62,640 nucleotides of DNA, filler included, from Rhabdomonas costata (GCA_019059605.1; 45 parts of 45 records of this genome joined end to end with filler, not necessarily neighbours in it), one strand, 5' to 3'. Shown: positions 38,945 through 50,095, counted from the whole stretch's first letter. Made by a program: numbers and translations. The notes: generated from the letters alone by a model not told the origin.

Positions 38945-39680
38945 CCNNNNNNNNNNNNNNNNNNNNNNNNNNNNNNNNNNNNNNNNNNNNTTAATTAATT
39001 AANNNNNNNNNNNNNNNNNNNNNNNNNNNNNNNNNNNNNNNNNNNNTTGTTGTTCGCCCAGGGTCCAATGTGAGTCCGACTTTTGGAGCCCACTGCCCCA
39101 CCTGGCTGGAAGATGAAAATGTGCCCTAACGTGAACCTGAGCTGTTCTTGGAATAACGTCTTCAAACTCGTTCCATGCTTTTTCCGTTTTATGCCTCTAT
39201 TCTGCGGTTCCTGTGGTGTTTTCTTTCGTGTGTGTGTGTGTGTGTGTGTGTGTGCGATTCACCCTCGTTCTCAACTCAAGGACCTTTGCCCTCAACGATC
39301 GCATATGATGAGCTTGAGCTCAGAATGAAATCCCTGCGCATTTTGATGTGAACCGGGTCATACAGATCTTCGATCGACTCCCGAGACAGGTATGCAATCC
39401 AACGAGCATGGTCCTCCCAGCTCGACGAACCCTGAATGCACCATTGCAACCGGTGGAGCGTGGAGTACGCCGTTCCTTGATAGTCCATAGCGAGAGCTAT
39501 GCATCTGTGGGCGTGTCTTGCACAGCTCTCGGAGGAGAAGGTCTCTGCCATTGTTGGGGCCGTCTCGGGGGTCGCGAGGATTGCTCTGAAGTGCCCCGCC
39601 CTTGTGGTGAGCTGCGCCGGTAACTGCCCTCATGTTTGCGTGGGATTGTTCTCAAGCTCTAGGGTATTGTCGGAGCAGCA

Positions 39681-40018
39681 CTAACGCGCCGGAATGTAGT
39701 GGTACAAGTGTATACAGCACCAGGCGAATACACTCAATATCGTGCCCAAGGTGGCGGCGACCTACGTAAAACGTTAGCTCACCCCTGAAAACGCAGCCGA
39801 ACGCAGAACAGCACACTGAAGCGCTAACCTGTATCTCTTCCTGCGCAAGCTTTTCTTGGGGTCCACCGTATTCGATCTCCCTCTCATAGGCCGGGACGCC
39901 GCCCATGTCTGCGACGCGCTCCGTGAGCGTCTGCTCAGCCCCACCTCCGCGCTGCGCCGCGCACTGCACTCCGCGGCGACGGAGAAGGCCCCTGTCCTGC
40001 ACGTCGCTTGAGCACCGC
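39681..40018 (-). CDS. Putative small single-pass membrane protein, last two exons (about 40018-39829 and 39761-39681)
   Basis: A 67-nt GT-AG intron joins ...MGGVPAYEREIEYGGPQEKLAQEEIQ|VAATLGTILSVFAWCCIHLYHYIPAR*. Confidence 0.35.
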
Positions 40019-40442
40019 CTAAGCGCCACAACACACGCACCACCCTTCCCCTCATCTTCTCTTCTTTCGCTGGCCACTCTGTCCTCTCTCTCACAGAATC
40101 CCTCTCGCCGCAGCACTGCGGGGTTGCCTACGGGCAGGCAGGCATGCTGTCCTCCCTCTCAAAGCAAAAAGCCCTCATCGCATTCATTTCGTGAGCTGAC
40201 GGAGTGTCCCTCAGTCGTTCTCGTCTCCCTTTGTTGCCGGCCTTCCTCCCTTCTGTCTCTCGGTTTCTCATCTTTTTCTTGGCCAGCTGCCCAAGAACGC
40301 ACTATATGTTACCCTCCATCCCTGTATCTCGGAGAGGTCTTCNNNNNNNNNNNNNNNNNNNNNNNNNNNNNNNNNNNNNNNNNNNNTTAATTAATTAANN
40401 NNNNNNNNNNNNNNNNNNNNNNNNNNNNNNNNNNNNNNNNNN

Positions 40443-41113
40443 GTTGTTGGGTCAGGGGGAACTTCCAGGGAGGGGTGGCGGAAAGGATTGGTGATCTTGC
40501 GCACAAAGGAGAGGTGCCCTGCATACTGCTTCATCAAGGGCGGATGCGAGACCAGCGCACGATGGAGGGGCACCATGGTCATGGTGAGTCCATACACAGG
40601 CTCGTACTCCTGCTGAAGAAACCGATCCTGCTGCCACACCGCGCTAAGCTCCTTGCTCCATGTGTAAAACGAAATGGGCTTCGATTGGCCTGCATCGGAG
40701 AGGAACGTCTCCTGTAAAGGCTTCCCGAGGTCCTGAAGCTCTGCTGCCAGGCTGGGACCTCCGCCAAGCTCCCGGGCAACCCCCAACACTGCACGAGGCT
40801 CCGCCTCGGAAAGCGCTTCCATCATTTGGTCCAGAAGCGTCTGCTTCCTGCCCTGCGCCAGAAGCTCCATGGCCGCGTACAGGCCGTCATCAAACTGCTT
40901 GGCTTTGGCCCCAATAACACACGCGGGCAGGAAGGTCCTGGGAATGCGGTCTGGGGTGAGGACAAAAAGGGTGGGCTGCTGTCGCTCGCCTCCCATCTCG
41001 TAGCCATAGGTCTTATCCACGGGGGCGTCGATAGACAGGACTTGCGGCCCGAGGTCGAATGCAAGCCCCTGCTCCTTGCGAATGGGAGTGGTCCCGTCCC
41101 ACGCAAATGCCAT
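40443..41113 (-). CDS. Uncharacterised protein, intronless over 670 nt, 3' truncated by the contig end; bacterial-looking
   Basis: Clean globular-looking ORF from MAFAWDG with KAKQFDDGLYAAMEL and SKPISFYTWSKELSAVWQQDRFLQ; preceded by a pyrimidine tract and AG. Confidence 0.7.
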
Positions 41114-42089
41114 ATCCGATGAAAGAGTCCCGAAAAAGCTGCACATCAGAAACAAAAGTGAATCCTTTAGAAGATGTGCGCGAAAAGGGCGAGAAAGCAC
41201 CTCTGCAGCATCCACCCATATCTTCCGCATGCCATTGGGAACGGTACCAATGTAGTCTCCCAAAAGATGACATCCAAAACTGCCGTCGCCCACGTCGATG
41301 TTGTGTGCCCCCTTTCTCTTCGTCCCTTTCCATTTGCTGTTTACACAAATTAGAACTGGAGAAGAGGCGTAAACGTATTGTTTTCGTAAGCCTGATTATT
41401 CCAGTTCCAGTGCATATAAAAGCCAAAATCAAAATCTGGAATGCTGGAGCAGAGTACGCACCTCCTTGCTTGGAAAAAAAACAAAAAATGACAACGGTTT
41501 AACGTTGTCAAACGTCGAGAAGTGCTCCGACCATCCCGAAAACAATGTTTTGCATTGAATGCTAAAGGGGGGTTCTGATGCACTCTGCTACTCTCTGACT
41601 TTTTAAGGCAGACTTTTGCCTTGACAAAGGCGAAGCACGGGCCAAGAGACGCTCCTCTTTGCTATTTGGGATGAACTAGTCTTAGGCGACTTTGGGACTC
41701 TTTTGCCGAATTCAAAAGGTGCCAGTCACAAAAACCNNNNNNNNNNNNNNNNNNNNNNNNNNNNNNNNNNNNNNNNNNNNTTAATTAATTAANNNNNNNN
41801 NNNNNNNNNNNNNNNNNNNNNNNNNNNNNNNNNNNNGGTGTGTGGGAGGTTAACCGCTTCTCCACGCTACATAAAAAATCTTGCACTCCGATGTTGGAAG
41901 ATGAGGACTTCGTCCAAATGCACAGGGACTCCTAAGAGAAAGCTCTCGCTGTTGATGGTGTGAAGCTGACCTCCCCCAATGCTCAGAAGTCAACACTGGC
42001 ATCGGAGCAGCCGGTACTGAAAGTACGTACCATTTCGGTCACGGGACTGACCCTTGTCGGGTTGAGCTTGGGCTGGCGGAACGAGCTGT

Positions 42090-42990
42090 CTCACTGATGG
42101 CTGAAGATGCCATTCAGATGGTGCGGGAGCGACGTCTACGTCATGTGCCCATGTGGCAGCTGCACCGGGGTTGCCGTGAGTGGCTGGGTGAGCTATCAAA
42201 GTGGCGATTGGCGCCCGCGGCTGTGGAACTGGAAGTTGAAGACTACTTCTTACAAACTCCGCGTGATGAGGCGGCTCCAATGGTTTTCGATCTTCAAGAA
42301 TAGGAAATCGTTGCATCACAGAGGGCGTTTTCCTTCGCCCCATTTCCATGAACATTCACTTGCTCCGGTCCTGGCAGTAGTTGAGGTTGAGCTCACCTCC
42401 AAAGCGGCTTTTGCGGCTTGGTGCCATGGAGAGTGGACTGGGCTGGAGCAGTGTAGGGGACTCCCTGTTGGGGGGTTCTATCAGCGGCTCTGGTAGAGCT
42501 GGTGGCTTTAAGGCGGGAGCTGATGAGCTGGCCGGAGTTGCTGATCCGGTGCCTGAACTCCAGGTACCGGGACAATTTATTTGTGGCCTCCGCGGAGCCT
42601 CTAGGCGAGAGGCAGTGCGAAGACATTGCGGACAGCTTGAATTCCGCTCTGGGGATGCCGGTAAAGGTCGTGCAGCAGGCTCCCTGCATTAAGAGTGCTG
42701 GAGCTGAGGGGCAAGGGAACCGGGCCACGTACCGAGGATGGTAGTGGCCTTTCGGACCAACCCCGACTCCCCGGCAGGTCGGGCGAAGTACAATCTTGGC
42801 CACCGCACGGTGACCCGCGTGTTCAGCTGGTGTTGGGCTCCCTGTTGGAGGGGCCAGCTGCAAAGCTGCACCTTTACCGTGTACAGGGTACCGCAGGCTT
42901 CACTGCTGCTGTGCGTGCAGCCTATATACTTGTCAAGCAGCGACGGGTACCCTGGCCAATGGTGGGTACGAAGGTTTGGCCTTGCTTCGC
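42090..42990 (+). mobile_element. Penelope-like reverse transcriptase, frameshifted copy
   Basis: Ordered RT motifs across three frames: ELEVEDYFLQTPRDEA (like DVxSLFTNIP), EQCRGLPVGG..SAALVEL (like QxxGxPMGxxxSxxLA), SRYRDNLFV (YxDD position, 42565-42576). Confidence 0.7.
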
Positions 42991-43228
42991 CAAGGAGTGC
43001 CAGTTGGCTGTTTGCAAGGCTGCTGAGGCGTGCTGCGGTGGGGACTGTGTGTCAGCTCCCCGTTCACGGGTTTCTCCCCGCCCTTGCGGCGGTGCAGGCT
43101 GCCGTGCTGGGGAGCTGACACACACCCCNNNNNNNNNNNNNNNNNNNNNNNNNNNNNNNNNNNNNNNNNNNNTTAATTAATTAANNNNNNNNNNNNNNNN
43201 NNNNNNNNNNNNNNNNNNNNNNNNNNNN

Positions 43229-43800
43229 GGTTTGTGGAAAGCAGTACTTCTGCGTACGCGTCCTACGAACTGTACGAACATTTTGTCTTCTTGAACACAC
43301 TTAAGCCTCGGTTTTCGCTCGTCCCATTCATACATTGCTTGCAGATTTGCGTCCCTCAGGTGCCGCATCAGCTTATTGAACCTCTGACACCCATTATTCT
43401 ACTGGTGCACACAGGTGATGCTTGCCAACCCTCACACGTAAGCCCCATACACGTAAACCAATTCAAGGGGCTGGCATTGATAAACTGAAAACCTGCATAC
43501 AAAACCGGGACAGGAAATTAACAAACAGAAAACCCGCCCCGCACACACCGCACTGCTCGCGTGGCTGCACCCCACTAAGGTCCCCGACAGGTCCACCACA
43601 TACATCATCTGCCCAGCAGTTGCATTTACCACGGAAGCAAGCACTGCCTTCAGGGCGACCAAAAAGAGGCTTCGTTCCACCGTCCCCAACAAGCGGTGCG
43701 GAGGTTTCTGTGGGGACCGGCGGGGCAGTGAAGCAAAATACACCACCAATGGCCATGAGATGAACCTCGTGTGACACAGCATTGTGACGACCTTGATACA
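43229..43800 (-). mobile_element. Possible decayed Mutator/MULE transposase
   Basis: LVGDG..K...VALKAVL...CW (like ISDxxKGLxxAxxxVFP...C), then NNGCQRFNKLMRHLRDANLQAMYE (like TNNxxExxNxxxxxxR); frameshifted. Confidence 0.4.
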
Positions 43801-44686
43801 TGTGAAGGTCACAGCACAACCCCACCACATCTTTCGTATTAGGGCATCCGACGAAGAGTTTCAGAAGTAGAAAACGAGTAAAAAAAAAGCGAACGACAGC
43901 GCGCCTCTAGTTCGGCATAAAGTCATAGCATACATTGCATAGCATAGTTGTGATTTAAGATTTAACACAAATATCCACTTCAGATGAAATCATAACATAA
44001 GTACGGGCTCAAAAGCAGAGACAAAAAACAGAGTACGTTTTCTCGGATGGGAGCGACAAGACTGATGTACATGTCTCCTGAAAGAGCGACCAACAACGGA
44101 CTCCAGGCCACCTCCCCTGCAGGTAACGTGGCGGCTAACTGAAAACTTGGTAACGGCCGAAGGTCTGGCCATGGCATGTCGCAGTAATACCATCCAAAGA
44201 AGCACCGGCTCTCTGGATAAACCACCTTCGATGTTTGAGGGTCAACTCCATAAATACTTGTCGTGGAGGTACTTCCATTGTAGATCAGTGCAAAGGAGAA
44301 GCCACCCATCTGTGCACCCTGCAACAGCATCAAAGCCGTTCCAGAGAGCGCGTCAATCAATGTGGCACCATAGGAGAGCTCCAACGTCAACGAGGAAAAA
44401 GTCTGCAAGACAAACGACAAACCGTCAAACAACCCGAAAGCAAAAATCTGAACATACATTAGCGACAAATACAAGGCCCATATGTTAAAGCAACAGCACC
44501 AGCACTACCTCTCACCCAAACCNNNNNNNNNNNNNNNNNNNNNNNNNNNNNNNNNNNNNNNNNNNNTTAATTAATTAANNNNNNNNNNNNNNNNNNNNNN
44601 NNNNNNNNNNNNNNNNNNNNNNTGTGTTGGGTGTGGGTGGTGGTGGTGTGAACGGGGTCTGCTCGTGCGAGGTTCAGCGAAACTGC

Positions 44687-44726
44687 TGAGTGGTGAGTGG
44701 TGAGTGGTGAGTGGTGAGTGGTGAGT
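44687..44726 (+). repeat. (TGAGTGG)5 plus a partial unit, heptamer tandem repeat
   Basis: Seen directly. Confidence 0.9.
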
Positions 44727-45363
44727 TTTGAACGTCCATCTGTGGGATGGTATATGCGCCTCCTTAACATGCCTTGCCATGCATTGCTCAGCATAGGGCG
44801 TCGGTTTTATGTCCGGCTGACTTCGCACTCCTTGCCTGACTTTGGTCCGGGAACAGGTCGCCTTTCCTCTGAGATTTCAGCCGGGCAGTCGGAGAGTGTG
44901 GCGTGCTCTTCGTCCGCACAACTGGAGAACGCTTCTGTGGTGTTGCCTGCTGAACCAGATGAGCCCAGGTCCAGTGAACCATTTGTGCTTCCGCCCGCGA
45001 GGAAACGTTTAAACGTTTCAACTGTTTTACGCTGTGTGGGAAAGTTAAGCTCTACCTGCATTTTTCTTAATAACGCCAAGCTTTATGTTTCGCTCCGGGA
45101 TTCAAATCTGTGTGTGGTAGAAGAAGGGGTTGGGCAGCAGAACCCCGCCGTGAGTAGTGCGCGTCCCGTGTTAGAAAATGCTGCAATCATGTCTATGCAC
45201 TCCTGCATCTAATTTGGCGCGCTTTTCTGTGGATTTTTATTTTCATGATATTTTCCAGCATTTTAATGTACCCGCTCATTTATTTCATCCTTTTTAGTAT
45301 CATCATAGCTTTGTGCTCTCTGAAATCTATTTTTTTTTGCTTTCTGCCACCTTGCGTGTGCAG

Positions 45364-45916
45364 CACTGCAGCCGTGAAAAAGCGGCGCACCTCGTCTGAC
45401 TCTGCTGTCTTGACTGGAAGTGAAACTTGGACCGTGGTTTACGTCGACGGTGTGTGTGTGTGTGTGTGTGCGTGTGGGCATGCGATGAAGAGAGCAATGC
45501 GGAAAGGACCGGAAGGCGACGTTTCAAGTAACTTGGTGAAGTCTGTATTTCGAATTGTTAACGGCTGTGCAGACCAATGATTTAGTCAACAGCATCCCCG
45601 GCTATTTTTTGCTCACCACTGCTTAAATTAGATTACCAATGTTGCGTACGCCCTTACCACTTCAGCACGGTAAAGCGACCCAAACGTCTTGCCCCAAAAT
45701 TTGGAATGCGGAACAATTTATCAGGGACGTTTGCCCCGTGAAAGTACTCCTTTGCATCATTTTGTCTTTCTAGGAGCATGCTCCAGCAACCAGTTCCAGA
45801 GCATTGCCCGAGCAGGGGTTGGGGTTTGGTTTGGGCCCGACGACCCTCGGAATGTCAGTCGCCCCTTGGACGGAATGCAACAAACCAACAATCGCGCGGA
45901 GCTCACCGCGGCAATA
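45364..45916 (+). CDS. RNH1: Ribonuclease H1, partial; exons about 45364-45449 and 45774 to contig end
   Basis: VVYVDG|ACSSNQFQSIARAGVGVWFGPDDPRNVSRPLDGMQQTNNRAELTAAI: YxDGAC, AGxGVxFG and QTNNRAEL of eukaryotic RNase H1; phase-1 GT-AG intron starting with (GT)n. Confidence 0.92.
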
Positions 45917-46248
45917 NNNNNNNNNNNNNNNNNNNNNNNNNNNNNNNNNNNNNNNNNNNNTTAATTAATTAANNNNNNNNNNNNNNNNNNNNNNNNNNNN
46001 NNNNNNNNNNNNNNNNTTTGAATCCGGAGGAATTTTTTTCCAGTGTAAAGCTTTTGGTGGCTTCTGTCTTCTTTTCTTTTCTCAAGCTCGCTGGGAAATG
46101 GTGTGGCATATGAAAAAGTTGTGAAATTGGCGTTCCATTTAAATTTTCGTTTCCTATGATAGGATGTTATTCCGCACTGCATCCATCGGTTTTCATGGTT
46201 GACGATTTTTGTTGTGGATGGCTTTGGAGGGAACACCATCATTCATAG

Positions 46249-47181
46249 TGTGCAGCGTCCCTGACACTCGGACGAGCAAGGGATGCTCGCACAACTGCAA
46301 CAAGTGCAACATCCACAACTGCAAGAACAACTGCTACTGGACAGGCGGCACCTGCCAGATGGTCATCCCTTGCCGTATGCCCGGCTTCTGCTTTGAACGC
46401 GGTCTTGGTTTCTTTCATAGTAGTAACTTTTTCGGTGACGTCCTCTCCTGCTGCGCTTCTGTCGGATGGGGGATTGCTGGCCACTACAAAGGTGTGAGTG
46501 CAATGCATCTTCTCGGGTGTTTGTGGTTATCAAGCGACCGTCACGATAGGAACAGCGCTCAATACGTTCCTCACAATGCTGTTTTGTTACAGCGACATGC
46601 GGTGGCTCTGGCTACACCTGCCCCTCGGGATACACCGCGCAGCCTTCCAGCACGGTCTGCGCCGCTGCAACCTGCGCCCAGTCGGAATGCTGCACAGGTG
46701 TGGTCCTCCGGCTGAAATGCTTATGTGTACCTGTCCTTTTGGATCCTTTTTCCGTCCGCTATCAAAACAAAATCTAACTTGTCTTGGGTTTCGTCAAAAC
46801 AATGGACGTCCGCATCATTGTTTTGCCCACGACGAGTCCCACATGACCTTGCCCGCATGTGCGAACCTTACATTTTGTGTACAGCTAACTGCACTATGAA
46901 AATTAGTGAAGAACGGCAGTTTAAGGTGTTTTGTTAGGAGTTAACCAAAGGAAGTGTCGTTGCTAGTTTTGTGCCATTGTATAGGAAAGTCTCTGTTCTG
47001 ATAGGGAATTTTCAGTAGCCACTCACTTTTCTCGAATTGTTTGCATGATCAACAATGGATCTCTTTCATTTGACAGCCAACCCAACGTGTGGGAGCTTCA
47101 GCTGCCCTTCCGGGTATTCCGCGAAGGCCTCCAGCACCGTGTGCGCGACTCAGTCGTGCGGCCAGACGGACTGCTGCTCAG
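46249..47181 (+). CDS. Cys-rich repeat (probably surface) protein, partial; includes 105-nt exons 46593-46697 and 47077-47181
   Basis: TCGGSGYTCPSGYTAQPSSTVCAAATCAQSECCT and NPTCGSFSCPSGYSAKASSTVCATQSCGQTDCCS, each bounded by CAG and GT; upstream Cys-rich exon from 46249. Confidence 0.75.
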
Positions 47182-49698
47182 GTATGCAAGGGAATGATTT
47201 TTTCATCTGCAACACCATGCCCTGGATAGCGTACTTTGCTTTATTAAAAAACGCATGTTCTTCTATTCCCTGCATTTTACTCTCTTTTTTTTCTCTTCAA
47301 AATGGCACACNNNNNNNNNNNNNNNNNNNNNNNNNNNNNNNNNNNNNNNNNNNNTTAATTAATTAANNNNNNNNNNNNNNNNNNNNNNNNNNNNNNNNNN
47401 NNNNNNNNNNGTGTGGTTGTGGTGTAGGCATTCTTATATACAGAGGTAGAGTGAAGGTGGGTGCATCGGTTACCATCAAACCACGGTACCACCGAAAAAA
47501 GAAGTTTAAAAAGCACTGAAAGGTTGGATGGAATAGTGGGGTTTTGGGCTAGCCACTCCCCCTAGCGTGCCCGGCAACCTGGGACAAGAGTAGAGCAAAG
47601 ATATCGTCCGACTGTGGCGGCCAGAACAGCGCCGTGGCGGCTTCGATGGGGCCTCCTCGGAAGCGGATTTGGTGGCACACCACCTTCACCAGTACATGCA
47701 GCCGCGCGTTCCACTGCCCTGAGCCAGCAATGGTGAAGGGGCGTGGTGTTCTCATTCTCTGACCTCAACGCCGTCCCCCCCCCCACAGGGAAGTGAGTGT
47801 CGCAGCGTTTGCAGCACTGACGAAACAGCAGCTGCTCAATAGATGCTCAGTTTGCTCTCAGAGAAGTGTAACAGAGAAGCAGCAAAACTCCTCCTATGGC
47901 TGGGGACAGGCCATGTCATGCAAACTATGCAGGTGGGAGTGGAATGGTATCAAATTCTATTCCTCCCTGTCTCAATCGGCTGACCTTAGCTAGGGGGTCG
48001 TCGAAGGACAATCGCCAACCGTCCTCATATGCCCACATAATAAGCCACATAAAGGGTGTCATACGGTCCATTCTGCTAAAGCAGTTGAATGGAGAAGCCA
48101 AGGCGAAAGCAAGGAAGGCAAGCGGACACCGGGTATTTCGAGGTGGGAGTTGTCACCAGTTGGAGAGAGCCGCTCCAAGCCTGAGAGAGAGAAGCCGGAC
48201 GAGCAAAACGAAAAAGAAAACTCTCGAACTGCACAATGGGTGCGCACATCCAGATCATACAAATGCGGGAGAACAAATTCCAACACACCCGCCTGCTCGA
48301 AATCAAGGGCCAACGTAATGTAGGATATAGGCAAACAACCCAGCAACATGAGTATTGCACTGCGCATGGTACGACAACCAAGAACCCCACAACAACAGAC
48401 ACACATTCAAGCCAAAAAGGATTACACCTCCGGTCGGCAGGTCACTGGGTTTTAGCATGGGAAGCATGGGCTACTTAGCAGAGAAGTGCGGATCTCGCGA
48501 CGCAGTCCAAGGGTAACCCCCTCCCCCCCTATCCCCTACCACACAAGGCAAGGCGTCTGCCAGCCTCACCACAACCCTTCGCCAATGCACCGTTGGGTTT
48601 CACCCATCACTTCACCCCTTTCCAGACGTATATGAGCACACCCTGAAGTGCGCGTGTTTGTTAGAAGGGGCGAAGCCAAAGCACACCACAGGCACCACCC
48701 CACNNNNNNNNNNNNNNNNNNNNNNNNNNNNNNNNNNNNNNNNNNNNTTAATTAATTAANNNNNNNNNNNNNNNNNNNNNNNNNNNNNNNNNNNNNNNNN
48801 NNNGTTGTTGTTGGCGAGCCCAATCGGGTAATCTCCAATTGAAAAACGGGCAAGAGGTTGTGCAACGCACCGGGCTGTGCGCTTTCTCTAAAGGAAGGCT
48901 GTGTCGTTGTCAATTGCGCGGGAAACGGGACATGATAACGAAGGCTTGTTTGCCAGCGACATAGGACGTTTTGAAATTATCCGCGGTCTGGCTCGGATAG
49001 ATGGGACCTCCGCACCCAACCGTTTTTTAAAAGGACGCGACCGCAAAAATTAAGCGTGGAACGCTCAGTTTTTTGGTGTCCGTCCGCTAAAAGCCCACGT
49101 TCTCAACAGTCTGGGCGTGGGGGGAAACGGCCCAAAAGGCTTCAAAGATAAGGGACGAAGGAGGTCAGATAAAGAATGTTCATATGTTCATGCAGGCTTG
49201 GGGGGTCGCGCCGTTTTGTCACAGATTCTGTCTGAGGCCAGCATGCAAGGACCGGTAGGCTCACAGGATGCGGTGAACAGAAGAAGCCACAACACACATG
49301 ACAACGACAGTCCAGACCTTTGGTGCCGGTAATGGGTGGAACGGGCAACAATGAACAACCTCATCCCTTGAAACGCCGTTCAAATCCCACCGCGCCGCAC
49401 TTAAAGACGCAAAGGAAAGCTAAACATCAGAGCGTGGTGAGAATAGAGAAAAAACAAAGCGGCGCTTCGTGGCCACTTACTTTGCCACCGAGAGGGACAG
49501 GAGAAGGAGAAGCCAGCACGATAGATGCACAAAGCACAAAGAAAGTGAATGGGTAAAGGATGGATGGGGAAGGACGAGCGACACTGGAGGTCTACAAAAA
49601 GAGCAGTGGACGCAAAAGGCCACAAAAAAGCACAAAATAGAAAAACACTTCCAACCCCAAACGGTTTCTCATCGATCTGCACGTCGGAAGCGTACATT

Positions 49699-50095
49699 GC
49701 CCACACCTAACCCCACGATAACCATATGATGAGCCCATACGCAGAAGCCGACAACCCCGATAGCAGACATACAGTACACCATACCCTCACGTCCAAACAC
49801 ATCGCGCAAAGAACCCGACACCAAACCAAAGATGGGTAAGATAACGGTCCACACTTCAGGATGCCCAAAGAACCAAAAGAGATGCTGCTACAAAACTGGA
49901 TCACCACCAAGCATACCGTCCTACACACACGCCCCCTAGTTCCTATCAACAAGTACACCCGTAATCGCAACACCCAGCACCGGAAGAGAACCCACCAAAA
50001 GAAACGCAGTGACCATAAGGGACCAAACCTACACAGGAATGCTACTCAACCCACGATGACACCCACACCGAACCCAGCTAGTTGATGACACCCAA
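49699..50095 (-). pseudogene. cox1: Cytochrome c oxidase subunit 1 fragment (NUMT or mitochondrial gene fragment) with in-frame TAG codons
   Basis: LGVIN*LGSVWVSSW(frameshift)[113 protein letters not shown]; the motifs [18 protein letters not shown] and VWAHHM identify cox1. Confidence 0.93.

Noticed and set aside
42520-42560. CTGATGA inside the Penelope-like element
   Set aside because: Lies within RT coding sequence and lacks the GAAA core and stems
49376-49400. GTTCAAATCCCACCGCG, resembling a tRNA T-loop and 3' end
   Set aside because: The T-stem does not pair and no D-arm or anticodon arm can be built upstream
50042-50044. A sixth TAG in the upstream cox1 frame
   Set aside because: Falls in the frameshift zone; the downstream frame reads LSSIP here, so it is not counted as evidence for reassignment
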